A stretch of DNA of 62,702 bases, filler included, from Choristocarpus tenellus KU-1152 (Eukaryota > Protista > Phaeophyceae): the NCBI GenBank assembly GCA_964200185.2. It is 9 parts of 9 records of this genome, joined end to end, with 100 filler letters (N's around TTAATTAATTAA, not from the genome) between each part and the next. Parts side by side here need not be neighbours in the genome. Positions count along the whole stretch, not along the records: positions 36,571 to 48,806 come from CAXNAD020001914.1; positions 48,907 to 58,185 come from CAXNAD020003821.1; 7 more parts are not named here. The stretch is one strand, 5' to 3'. The first letter of the stretch is position 1. Each line of letters begins with the position of its first letter. This document shows positions 38,729 to 52,038 of this stretch, piece by piece. Both the position numbers and the translations under genes were made by a program. The notes below the pieces were generated by a model, which was not told the origin of the DNA, searched no databases, and saw nothing but the letters and a program-made list of their open reading frames with translations.

Positions 38729-41700
38729 CAATCATTACCCTTTCCATATCATCAGATGCAGATCGCTGATTCAACAGCCTCTTCGCCAGCTGGTTTCGGT
38801 AAATCTCTGAAAAGAGGTCCTTATCCGTCAGGTACGAAAACAGCTGCACCACCTTGGACAAATACCTCTCCACCTTCACAACAAAACAAGAATACATGAG
38901 CGTACAAGTCACCATGCACACAAAAAAACGCGATATGTACATGTAAATTCCGTATCATAAAAGAAGAGACATTGCAACATATATTTTAATCTCACAAGAA
39001 ACAGCAATAAGAAAACAAAGTACCACATACGTCGAACGTACACAAAAACATGCATAAAAACAGATCAGTGCATTATTAATAGGGGAATACAAATGTAAAG
39101 GGAGAGACAGGGGGGGAAGGGGGAGTTTCATTGAACTGATCAGAATTTCGAGGACAATAGATAACAATAATACTACAAATCAAATGATGTACTACTAAAA
39201 TATATGCACACACAATAAATGTTTATTAGCATTACAAATAGAAAAATAAAAAGATAAATATATCAATAATAACTAACTATTATTATAAATAGAACAAAAA
39301 AACATTCACTATGAAAATAAAAGAATACTACTACTAATAATAATAATAATAACCCACTTCTGCATCACTGAGCTTCTCCCCTCCCGTCTTCAGTATTCGG
39401 TCGCAGAAACTGCTCATTAAATCCGCGTTCTTGTATTTCCCCACATCCTTGTTCACAAACTCCACAAAGGCCTGTGTATGTGAGATATTCATGTACGCCC
39501 ATGGAGGGGGCAGAGCAAGTCACAGAGTACAAGCAGATAGGTGATAGTACCATACCTACCTAACAACAACACAACTAGCATAACATCACATACAATAAAA
39601 CTTAACACAACACAACACAACACAACACAAACACAACACAAAGTTCTACAGCAAAGGCGGTCTAACACCAACCACTCCTACTCTCCTAACCCATCACCAC
39701 CCCTTGCGCCTGATCCACACAAAATTCTTTTTTAAAATTAAAGTAAAACCAGGGCTTTTCATCAACCTGGGCAGTTAGCATGGCCAGCAACCAAGTCATG
39801 ACTACCGCATGTCAAAACAATCAATTTCACTCCCATTGAACGACCCTGTTTTAAAAGATACAGCTACTGGTCTGACCCATGGCATGACATAAGTTGAAAT
39901 ACTTGACTGCCGTCAATACCCTAACAAGTATCCCTAACCCTAGACTCAACTACCCTAAACAAAACAAAACGATCAGTCCTGGAGAGCCTTCGCTAAGACC
40001 CTACACACCACACCACACCACACCACACCCACTATCCATCTGAACACACAAAGTCACACTTCAAGTTCCCTGAAAACAAACCCCTGACCTCCTTCAGAGC
40101 CTTCTGTAGCAAAGAGTTCCCAGCAAACTGCTCGCTAACCATCCCCATGTACTTGTCATGGAGGGCCAACAGCTCCTTCACAAAGTTTGGGTCTTGGTTG
40201 CTGTCCTTCTCCCCCCCCTCGATCTTACCCTCTCTTCGTTTGATGACCTCATTGCCCATCTGTGCATTAAACACACGGGCGAGAATGTAATAATCCTTCA
40301 CATTACTATTACGCACTAAATTGCAATACAACTTATTTCGCTTTGTGCTTCAGGCAGTATCGTGTAATATCCCGTTACATTGCACCTTTTTTTTTCTATT
40401 TCATGTGATGTAACTGTCATATTGTACAAAAAAACAATCTCAGATTCATCCGTAAAAAAAAAAACGCGGCAGTTGAAAGTTTTCTATTCGATTCCGATCG
40501 ACCAAAATGGTCTCTAATCATAAAGATACATGTCCTTTCAAGACAGTTACGGATTTATTCAGTCAAAAAATGTCATTTTCATAGGAATGAACAAAAAGGG
40601 GGTACATCCCAATCATACAACCAATTCTTATACTCCCTTTGGTCCATATATGTGGGGGGAGGGTATATACCCCCTTTTGAACACTGCTCACATCCTTGTC
40701 CATCAGACAATTTTGGTCCAATTAACATTTTCAATTCACAATCTTTAAAAAAAGAAATCCTTTTCACAATAGTAATCATAAAAATAGACAATAATAATAA
40801 TATTACTGGCTCGAACATGGCACCATTTCATTCATACAACAAAAAACTTAATCGTACCAATTTCCTCCACATCTTGCTAGGATTTCTATCTACCATCTAC
40901 TATCTACTACTACACCCAAAACAATACAGTAGAGCTCTCTCTCCCATACCATACCATTCTACACCCCAACAACACACATACAGCTACCAAAGTACCTTCC
41001 TTAATCTATCTAAACGATATATAAAACTCAACATCCACATCTGATTCAAAACCAAGGCAACAATTCTTCTTCTTCAACCTCCAACTCCTCCACCCCACTT
41101 CATGGACTGGCTTTGCGCTGGTGCCTGATCTTGCGACCCCTTCAGGGATGACGTACCTAACTCCAAGTGAGAGGTGGGCCAATCGCCTCCGGTTCACTAT
41201 CATTTTAAAAGCAAAAAAAATAAATCAAACACACATGAACAAACACAATGAACAAACTTCAAAAAAACATTTATGAACAAACACAAAATTTAAAACATAC
41301 ACGAACAAACACAAAATGAAACTTCAAATACATATATATATACATACATACATTTAAGCACAAACAAACAAACCACACCTCAAGAACGTATGACACGCAT
41401 ACCAACCAACACACCTCCGTGATGTGATCCTTTACAATATCAGCCATCAGCTCCAATCCCCTTGGCAAGCGACTGAATAGCCTGTACATGCGACTCAAGT
41501 CCTCCAGCTTATCGTTGGCGAGAAGCACCTTGCACCCACTCCCCTCCTTCTCCAACAGAATCTTCTCCCTGCCATTTACAGTAAGTGTTAGGGATGCACG
41601 GATACCACAGTATTTGTAGGCGGAAGGGATATAGATGCAGAAAGGAGTAGACACAGGAAGGTTGGGATAGATAGGGATGGGCATGTATGTATATAGGGAT

Positions 41701-44700
41701 AGGAGTAAAAAGAATTGGGGTTAGGGGTAGAATAAGGGTTAGGGGTAAGGATGAGTAGGTACATCTATTCATTGTTGACGTAACCATTATTACATTTTTG
41801 AAAGGTACACCCATCAACAGTAAAACTGGCATACACTGCAGGACATGATATTTTGAAGAAATACTCTGATCCAGGCAACTGTAAATATGTACCAATGGAT
41901 ACCTTGCCTTCCTCACAATCAACACTGTCCAGTATCAACAAGTCAAGTGACAACAGAAACCCTGCAGGAAGCGGATACAACCTAAAACAAGCTAAGATAT
42001 TCTAGACAACGTAAACAATGATATATTAATTACTAGCATTAACGATAAAATGAAAAGAATGGGTGAACTATAATAAACATTTCATTTGTCCCAAGCAACA
42101 TTAAGAAATTTTAGTTAAAAGTTAAACCCCAACAAGGCAATATAGCCTTAAATGCAAAAAGAGATGCCCTCCAAGAAAATGTACTCTTCAGTACATACCC
42201 ATAGCAAGCAATATCAAAAAATAAAATACACAAGAAACCAAGTGAAATCCGTTTAAACAAAAGAGCCAACAAAATGTTCAAACCCTTCTCACTTCTTGTG
42301 AAGCATCTCATCATCGCACACCCTCAGCAGCTTTGCCTCTGTGGCAGGATTGAGATAGTTACTCACTCTCTGCTTTTCTGCCTCGAGTGCATTTTCTGCC
42401 TGAAAAAAAAAAAAGCAATGACAAAAAAATGTACATCAGCACCTACGCATGTATATATATATTTTACCACAAAAAAAAAGAGATCACGAACTCTGAAAGC
42501 AAAAACATGTTCAATATTGTCTAGACAATTACATTCATGGTGTATCATCAACATCACGTATGATAGGGTATGACAAAAATAAGGTATAAAAAATAAGGTA
42601 TAAAAAATAATAAAATGGAGTGTAGATTATTGCAATTGAAACATACTTAAGAGCTGATCTGCTCTATAGCTCCTTCGAATCTCAGTCAGCATATAATAAT
42701 AGAACAATTAATATTGGTAGCATAAGCAACAATAATTTTAGTTGGGAGAAGTAGCAATAACCTAAAATATCACACAGTAAAAATTAAATAAAATTTCAAC
42801 ATGAAAGGCCCTGCATTATCACACACATACACATGCCAGCCCTCTTACCATTACTATTTTCTATACACATCAGTCCAAAGGGTCTCAAACCTGTGGTTCC
42901 AGGTAGTATAGAGAAGAGAAAAATAAAAAACTACCCATTTTCATGGTTGTCTCCTCAACATCAAATACCCAATCAAATCGATACTGTTCTGTCACACATA
43001 TATTACCTCATCCCTAACCCTAACCTCAAACACCCACCAATAACAAGAACAAGAACCTAACAAAAAAATTAAAACAATTCTCTTCACTTGCATTTAACCC
43101 CCCCCCAAAAACAAGCAAACAAACAACCCAGTAAACAAACAGAAAGTCTGGCAGAGTACAAGGATCAACCAACCTTGATCATGTAGTCTGGAGTCGAGTC
43201 CGTTTCAATCCACTCCTGACTCTTTCGTGCAAAGTACTCCCTCGTGTTGATCAGAAGCGGCTCTTCCAAGTCCACTGTGTATGCATCCAGCGTCCCCATC
43301 CCCATGGACTCAAATAGCTCAACACATGACCTGTACATGTGTACATACGTACGTACGTATGAATCAAATGCATTGTCATGTTAGGTGTGCCAGTATTTGT
43401 AGCATTGCGCAAAATAACGAAGCCGGCACAATATAGTACAATGTAGTGTAAATAGAAAATACAAAGGAGATTGATATTGTAAGTCTCTTCAGTTAAACAG
43501 GACATACTTCATTAATAAATAAAACAAGGTACATGTATTTAACCACGTCTGTTTCCATCATCATGCCAAAAAAAAAAAAGTTAAGAGTTAAAATAAAACA
43601 CACCATGACCAAAATTCTAAAATAGGGCCTACAATATTTGATCAAGTAAAAAATCCACACCCTCTTTCAACACATCAATCAAACAGGGGGGGGGAGGGGG
43701 GGGATGAAGTAACATCCAACAGAACTCACTCAACCGACACAACAGCACCAAGGTCTGTATTGCTTACAACAAAGAACCTCTCTCCATTACATACAACAGC
43801 ACAGGAGGGTAAGATTGCAGATGAAAAACAAGGAACAGAGACCCTCCTATGCTCACTTTATAAGTATCCTGTCAATGATGGCACCCTCCCTCTCCTGGTT
43901 GATCACCTTCACCACGGCATTTACAACAGTCTGCAAAAAAAAATGTAAGCACAATACTTTTCATATCAAATGGATCCTTTCTTTAAAAAAAATGAATACA
44001 CTGAAAAGGGAACCAAAAAATTGTAATAATAAAAAACATTGTGTTGCATTTTGAAAAAAAAAAGGGACTGGCAAAAAAAATGTATATACATATTTTTTAA
44101 TGTTTCTGAAAAGGGAATCGCCAAACACAAATTAAACATTTAAAATAACAAAAAAATAACAGTCCAAAGTGTGTAACACACAGAATTATTTTGAAAGGAA
44201 AAAAAACGAGCGCATAGCAGAGAAGACGAGCACAGGACAGATACTTCCAAACAATGATTAGAATATTCCTCAGAAAGAAATGATGTAAAACCGTAGGTGG
44301 AAAATTTTACCTCCAACTATGCCAAAAAAGGATCATAACACAACAAACAACACGTACAACAACAACATGTATAAAACGCAGGGAACAAATAAAAAACAAA
44401 ACATAGTATATATTATCGGGTTTTGAAGTTCGCCTACAGTATACCACTGCAATTTCAATTGGGGATAAGTTCCCAACACATTGAGTCAATGGGGGTATGA
44501 CAGCCTGTTCTCATGTACATTTATTAGTATTTTAAGCACACTGGTATTGTGCACAGAACACAATGGTATCACAAGGACAGACTGCACCTGGAAAGCAAAC
44601 CGCTAAGACCTGTAACAGAACGAAGCATTTTTTTCAGGCACTTCAAACGAGTTTAACGTATCTACAACGCACCACTAGCAATTGAAAGGAGCAGGGTATG

Positions 44701-45124
44701 GTGAAGAATAATCTCTTCCTGCTTTAAACATCCCAACAAAACAACCACTACTGAGAAATCAGAGAGGACCACCCATGGAGGGATGAAAGGATCACACACA
44801 GGGGAGCCCTGGCTTTAACTGATTCCACTACGGATGCAACGGAGCAGGAGGGAGAAATTAGAGAGGCATTCGCTTGTTCATTTGCATGAATCGAAAGCAT
44901 AACCTGCATAGGCCGTGTGGCACCCAAGCAAGGGGTTGGGGTCAGGGGGGGGGGGGAACAGGTCAAAGCAAGAGCACATATCAATCAAGTACACTAAATG
45001 CAATGCCGGATGAACAAGAACACAAGAAGAGTAAGGTTGACAAGGATAGAACGTCCTCTCACCCCGAGAAGAATCAGGCAAACATGGAGAATATTCCACG
45101 AGAATATTCCACGAGAATATTCCA

Positions 45125-45155
<31 letters not shown>

Positions 45156-48100
45156 ATCTGTCAGTGCTTCTCTGTGTAAGGGAGAGGGGCAAATGCCTAC
45201 ATACCTTCTTTGTGACATCGTACACAAGATTCTGGAAGTGCTTGAGCCCCGCCTGGTTGAGGGTGGGCAGAGAGTGGTGCTCAACATAGTACCTGTTGGA
45301 GGAGTTTTTTCAATTTTTCGTATGTATAGCATTAAGAATCTCTCTCCAAATAGTACAACTAGAGTAACGGGGAAGAAATTCAAGGCATACAACACAACAA
45401 CTATACAGTACTTCAATGTACTTCAATGTAAGGAGTTAAACTTAAAACAAGGGATCATTTTTGAAATATATGGGAATGGAAGAATTTTTGAGGTCGAAAT
45501 ACATACAGGAGTACATAACCGAATCTAATGAGAGGTACAAACTACATAATTATAATCATTATAGTGTAACAGAACACCATTAGGGTGCTCTCCACTCTCT
45601 GAAATTCCAATGCTAAGGATCAGGGTAAGGTTTTGGATCGTGTTGTATCAAACTATTGAATAAGAAAGTGCGTATGGGTTAACCTCAGAAGGTTCACGGG
45701 TCTACTATCTGGGTCTAGATTCTGGACTGAACTATCAGCACAGGATAGAGCCAGTGGGAAGAGTTGCAATTCGCACTGCGATAAGTCAGGGAGCAAGGAG
45801 TAGTGTATACCCCTGCTCCCCATCAAAAACAGAACAGTAGCACATCAAAGGACACAGCACAGGGGCATGCCAGTAAACAGCATGCAAAAAAGAAGAGCAA
45901 AAAGTCCTGCAACACCATGTAGGTGTAGGTAAGCAGGCACAGAGACAGCACCCATTCTCCTTCCGGGGCTGACTCACAAATTAATGGTGCAAAAAAAAAA
46001 TGCTGCTCTCTGCCCCATCATGCCACACCATTGCAGTGAGGCATTACACCATTGCAGTGAGGCATTACACCATTGCAGTGAGGCATTTCAGGCATAGCAA
46101 TCCACCCAGCCCAGCCACTGCTGCTACCCTACCCCCTGCCATGGTATTTTATAAAGGACAGGACAGTATAGATTTTGTTGGGGGTACATACCATCCTATG
46201 CACGCCATATGACGAGTGACCCAAGTCCACCTGACTCACAGAAGTGCAGTGTGACGCAATGGGGCTAACACTACCAACAATTCTTTTTCACACCAATCAT
46301 TCATGTGGGAGTCAGCAGCAGAGGGAGGATGGATGCTGTCTTGGTAGGGTTCGCCACGAGACTAAGTGTCGCAGGATTTTGACGTGTCTACCCACCCATA
46401 ATATTAATTGCATGCCCTTGCGTAGTGTTTGAAATAGCATCCAAAACACTGAAGCTTCGGGGACGGGCTTGCAGATAACCAGCAGTTGAACAAGCAAGAG
46501 TGAATTCCTCAGACACTTCGTATGGAAACGACCTCTACGAAGACAGCATCCATCCTTCCTTCACAGCTGACTCACAAATGAATGATTTAACACCGCCGGT
46601 CTCTGCCCCGTCGTGTCCCTACCCAGACTATAGGAAGTCAGCTCAGGCTTAGACTTAAGAACTCAGGATTTAAAAAGTTGGGGTCAGGGTTCAAAATTTA
46701 ACAGTGAGGGGCACAACCAATCTGAGAGGTAGAAATCATGACACTATTGGACAGAAGGTCTCGCCTGTCCAAGTACTGGAAAAACTTTTGCATCCATCGA
46801 TTCATGATCTTGTGGTTAGACCAGCGTCGCACCAGCTCCTTCAGAAGAAACTCCCCGTGCTGGTCCCTGAGAGCCTTCACCACAGTACCAGAGAGGTACT
46901 GCAAAAGTCAACAAAATACAAACAGAAAAAAAACGCGGTTAGAGGCAGGGGAAACAGGGCCAACAGGAGCAGAGCACCAGAAGAGTGGGATGGAGAGAGT
47001 CCTTGCAAGCGGTAGATTGTTTACATCTGTTCAGCCTTCGAAAGACGAAATAGTACGTCGAGGTCAAGCCTTTCTACAACAGGAAGAGTTTCCTCGTCAG
47101 ACACATCATCACTGGACAACCAAAAAAGGTGCACATCTGAGATAATAATGGGGGATTGAACTTTTCGGAGAACAGGTACTGCTGTAACAATAAAGATGTA
47201 TTTCACACCATGTCCCCACTCACCACCCCTCACACCACTTGGCACCAGCCCCTCCACGCACCTCCTGTATGGTCTTCCCATGTCGATCATACAGCTGCTC
47301 AGACCAGTTATAGGGAGAGCGCTGTGTGCACATATTGTAGCAGGTGGTATATGTCATCATGAAGTCCTTCGGAGTGAACAGCATCGATATCTTCTTATCA
47401 AAACCCTGACACAAAAAATAAGGACCAGGTGGGGTAGGCAGGGAAGGAAGCGTCATAAAACGACCATAATTAATTAATAAATAAATAAAATGCCTACACA
47501 CAAATAAATACATACAGCCCATAAATCTGTGCGCTAAAGAAAAAAAGAGGAGAATATCTATATATTACTACGCAAAAAGTCAAGACAGAGTTGTATGATT
47601 TATCTAGAGAAGATGACACAAAAATATCAAGCACCTGTGAAGACGGGCACAAAGAGAAAGGGGAACGGGGGGGGGAAGGTATGACCAATGTGCACAAAGC
47701 TCAAACACCTCCCAGATCTTACTCACCACTTGTAGGGTAAAGGCTGTATGTGAGCAGGGGGTTAGTGTCTCTTCTTGAAGGCTTGCACAGACAACACCCT
47801 ATAGTGATGCACAAATAGTCAACCACACCTAACAGTCAACTTAAGCTTGACAAAAAAATCAAGCTGGAGGGGATCAGCAAAAGCAATCCCTTCCAAAAGC
47901 AAGCAATATCTCCTCAGTTCACTTAGTTCTTTTCATTCTAATGCAACAAACAAAAAGCAAGATACGACTTGTCCACAAACACCTACTCACAACTATGTCT
48001 TCTACAGAGAAATGCGCAAACAACAGCAACACAATGGCAAAAATACAGAACAAAGAGAGGAGGGGGGGGGGGGGGGGGAAAAAAAAAAAGGGTTCTTCCC

Positions 48101-48793
48101 TCTCCCTGGAGAAAAAGGGTTACTCCAAAGAAAAAAAAAAGAAAGGATGAGGGTGGGATGAGGGGGGTGGGTGGGGGGGCAATAAGTAATGGGTTCTTCC
48201 CTCTACCTGAGAGAAGAGGATTTCCTCAAAGGAAAAAAATCGAAAAATAGTCAGGCACACTTGTGGTAGTAAAAAATCTGTATCAACAAAAGAGGAGGAA
48301 ACGCATATCTGTGATTCAGTTCACAGCAGGCATTACAACTATTCTATACCGACTGCAATCCAAGGTATCCCCCTCTTCCATAGACAAAAAAGGACAAGTC
48401 AACCTACCACATACACTTTGAAAACTAAACGCATTTTATTATTCTAAAAATACAGCATATCAGCACTACTTCTCACACACACACCCTTGCTCTACAACCC
48501 ACTCTACCAAAGAAAATACCTCATACGAAACCATCTCACCATACCTCAAAGCACATCCCACTCCATGATCCAAACCATCTCAGCACCAAAACCCTGCAGT
48601 ATGACCTGTGCAGGTCAACAGAAAACCAAATCCAATCCAAATCTAAGCCTCTCAACCCTCAAGCCACAACCATTCCATATAATGCACACACCTTGTTGAG
48701 GTGCTCTTCCAGTACATCAATGGCCTTAACCTTGATGTTGTTATTCCAGCCCTCATCAAGGGTGATGATGTGTTGGTCCCTTGAGCTCGCCAT
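38729..48793 (-). CDS. CUL1: Cullin-1 (SCF scaffold), first 11 exons; C-terminal part lies beyond the contig end
   Basis: [18 protein letters not shown]; [24 protein letters not shown]; [19 protein letters not shown]; [11 protein letters not shown]; DSTPDYMIK; [28 protein letters not shown]; [12 protein letters not shown]; [15 protein letters not shown]; [38 protein letters not shown]. Confidence 0.96.
45086..45155. repeat. 13-bp tandem repeat (GAGAATATTCCAC x3) followed by (GT)n
   Basis: Directly visible in a cullin intron. Confidence 0.9.
46026..46087. repeat. 21-bp tandem repeat x3 (CACCATTGCAGTGAGGCATTA)
   Basis: Directly visible in a cullin intron. Confidence 0.9.
46295..46588. mobile_element. 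Fold-back/MITE-like element with ~75-bp imperfect terminal inverted repeats
   Basis: aatcattcatgtgggagtcagc...ggatggatgctgtctt pairs with aagacagcatccatcc...gctgactcacaaatgaatgatt. A third partial arm lies at about 45943-45985. Confidence 0.7.
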
Positions 48794-48994
48794 TGCCCTT
48801 CCCCCCNNNNNNNNNNNNNNNNNNNNNNNNNNNNNNNNNNNNNNNNNNNNTTAATTAATTAANNNNNNNNNNNNNNNNNNNNNNNNNNNNNNNNNNNNNN
48901 NNNNNNGTAAAATACCTGTGGGAAGCCAAGCCCCAAATGGACAAACAGGGCAAAATTCGCACCCTCTAAGATACTTTCACTCACCTATTGATCT

Positions 48995-51900
48995 CGATAC
49001 CATCACCACCCTCACCTGCGCCTATCTTCCACAGCATTTGCTACTTCACTACGGAGTCCAATGAGCTCATCAGGAGACGGTAGCCCGGCCTTCCCACCAC
49101 ACTTCCCTGTTAGTAGGGATTTCGCCACCTCACTATCAGTTTTTTGGTAGTGCCACAGCAGTGAGTAGTGTTGCCAAGGAAGGGTTGAGACAATGAGGAG
49201 GAGGAAGAGGGAAGTTTGAGATGTTCAAGTGATAAGTTTAACCAAGAGGACGGATAGCATATGAGCCAAAGTATCTTAGAGGGTAGATCCGCGTCCATTT
49301 GGGGTCCAAAATCCCATGTTGCGATTTTGATGTAGTTTTGACTATCGTGTTTGTTAGAAGTGTCAATATCCTTATTTGGACACACCATTTCATAACGTAT
49401 ACATTTTACCTACTCCGAAACAATTTGGAGTAGAAAAATTTCATAAAAAAACCCATGTGAAGCCAAGCCCCAAACAGACAAATAGGGCAATACTCGTACC
49501 TTCTAAGATACTTTCACTCATATACAAGAAGAGGATGGATCAATCCAACAGATATGGTGGACTCCAGAGAAATACAGTCTAGAGTACTTATGTCCATCAT
49601 TGTGTGTTGCATATTGACCAAGAGAGTGTTGCATTTGTATGGTATTTTGTCTGTATGCTGTCTATGTACTCTATGAGTCTCATTAAACATGAAGGTGTGA
49701 TCATATGCATTTGGTGCAGGATAGGACAATTTCAGTCTATATCAAGTACATCTCTTGTTACATCTCTGTACAAGTGTGCGTCCAATACAAAAATGAACAG
49801 GAAGAGATCAACTCAAAGGGCGTCGCCTCTCCCCTCTTCTCTCCTTTTCCCCTCACAGGCATGTTGTCCTCACCGATGCCTGGAATATGCTTGATTGGCT
49901 GCCTCTAATTCTCTGGTAAATTCAGTCTTGGCTTTCTGGAGTAGCTTATCATTTTCTGCTAGCTTCGTCTCGAAGTTTGCCATGGAATGCTGGAAGTCAC
50001 ATTTTTCTGCCAGGAGCTTGCCTTCAGAATATGTTTACCGTGCAAAACGATATTGAGACAGAATGTTTGACTCAGCATTAGACATTCTCGTTTAGGTATG
50101 GTATTGCACTCTACTCATAGGCTCGTGTGGGAATGTATTATCACAGGCAGCACATGCTCCTACCTTTGACTTGACTAAGTTATTGGTGGGCAGTGACCTC
50201 CTTGATATTACTACCAGTATGCATTTTCATTTCCAGGGCTACAGAGCTCTCCCTAGAGTGTTGGAAGAGGATGTAGATCGGCAGCACTGAACATATGGGT
50301 ATGGACAACATATTTCAAGATCCTGGCTGCCTTAAATAGAGGTGACTTGGGTGCAGGCAATCCTTAGTCTTTTAAGGAGTATTTTAGTTGCAGGGATTAT
50401 CATATTAGGGACAGACCTGGCATATGTGGCGGTTCATAGGGGGACAAGAGAGTACTGCAGAGGGCATGATTGCATTGCTTGTATAGCTACACTTACCATG
50501 CCGCATGAAAGCTTCCTTTCCAGCCCCAACAACCCAAATCCTAGGCAATGCCCACCTTCTTTCTTAACCAGTTGAAGACCCTAGGATTGCATCTTTAATA
50601 TTGTGCTGCCGAGGACATGATACAGATTGCAAGTATGCAGTAGTGATCAAACTAGAAAACCTTGCATAGCCTATTAAGAATCAATCCCTTTCTTAGACCA
50701 GTTCCTTGGGTCATAGTTTATGGTATGCTGATGTACTACAACAAGAGGACTTGACAATGACACACCATTCTCCAAAATGAGGTTCTCGTTCCTGCGTGTT
50801 AGAGACCCGATCTTTTTCTGGAGTGACATATGCTCCCCCTGGGCAGCCTCCAAGTCCAACCGGAGTGCTTTCCTGTCTGAATCGTCAGCCTCAGCTCGAA
50901 GCTTCAGCTTGCGAACTAGGGACTCAAGCTTTTATCATGGTGAGGAGATGTGGGGTGGACAAGATACGTTAGACGATATGAGAGACCTAACATGCTACAG
51001 AAGTGTGTGAGCGCTCCAGGCGGGAGATAGCAATATCCAGATTCTTGGGAAACAGGTCATATTATCACTCAAACTTGGATGACGGGTTTGCCCGCCAGGT
51101 TATTATAATCCTGCTGGCCAGGATTGGGATTGGTGGAGTTTTCATATCTTCTAGGTCAAAATACGAGTGAAAATACCTTAGAGGGTACAAGTTTTGCCCT
51201 GTTTGTCCATTTGGGGCTTGACTTCCCATGTTCTTTTTTATGACATTTTCCTACTCCAACATATTTCGAGTGGGTAAAATGTATACGTTACGGAAAGGTG
51301 TGTCCGGAACAAGGATATTGACACTTCCTAACAAACATGATAGCCAAAATCACATCAAAACCGCAACATTGGACTGTGGTCCCCAAATGGACGCGAATCT
51401 ACCCTCTAAGATACTTTGGCTCATACCTTACTTCAGATATTCTCTATCCACATCTAGTTTGAGACCCAAATTATTTAAGAGGGTAAGACCGTGACGGTTT
51501 GGGGTCATAAATCCAATGTTGCCATTTTGATGAATTTTGACTATCGTGTTTGTTAGCAAGTGTCAATACCCTTTCTCTGGACACACCTTTCATAGTCGAT
51601 TACATTTTAGGTACTGTGTTCACATAGAAAAAAGAAAAAAGGCATAAAAAACCCGTATGGGAAGCCAAGCCCCGAAAGGACAAATGTGGCAAAACCTCTA
51701 CCATCTTATATGCTTTGGGTCTTGGTACATATGTATTTGTTCCTCAATGTACCAGGGAGTGATCTCTGAAGTGGATCAGAATTAGGATGTCGGGCACTTT
51801 GAGTAAACACGGACATTGCTGATGGTTTCACCCCGGAATGACAAATATATCGAAGACTAAGAAACGGGTAGATTGCAGTACACCACGGATGAGCGAGTGT

Positions 51901-52038
51901 TACACAATAGCCCACGAACACAAAAAAAATAGATATCTAAAGCGTTCTTCTCACCTTTACCCTGTCATCTTCCTTCTTCTTGATATCATCATAGAGAGAA
52001 TCCAGCTGGCCAAAGCTGCTTCCCATGGCAGCTTGCAT
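48995..52038 (-). CDS. Coiled-coil protein, partial and multi-exon
   Basis: Phase-compatible exons MQAAMGSSFGQLDSLYDDIKKKEDDRVK | LESLVRKLKLRAEADDSDRKALRLDLEAAQGEHMSLQKKIGSLTRRNENLILEN | GKLLAEKCDFQHSMANFETKLAENDKLLQKAKTEFTRELEAANQ. Start and end uncertain. Confidence 0.55.
49263..49519. mobile_element. MITE family A (257 bp), GAG...CTC termini, TSD ATAT
   Basis: TIR gagccaaagtatcttagagggta / taccttctaagatactttcactc; ATAT on both flanks. Confidence 0.88.
51165..51422. mobile_element. MITE family A (258 bp, opposite orientation), TSD ATAC
   Basis: atac|gagtgaaaatacctta...taagatactttggctc|atac. Other copies or fragments at about 26200-26352, 32962-33008, 48907-48983, 51490-51715 and 57970-58185. 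Confidence 0.88.

Noticed and set aside
38434-38769. Asn-rich ORF
   Set aside because: An (AAT/AAC)n low-complexity intron tract antisense to cullin.
44998-45528. 176-aa plus-strand ORF
   Set aside because: Antisense to a cullin exon and built partly from microsatellite sequence.
45086-46087. Short direct repeats as a CRISPR-like array
   Set aside because: Head-to-tail minisatellites without spacers, inside a eukaryotic intron, with no cas genes.
27631-48793. Ubiquitin-system cluster (RING E3 plus cullin-1)
   Set aside because: The genes are on different contigs separated by two artificial spacers.
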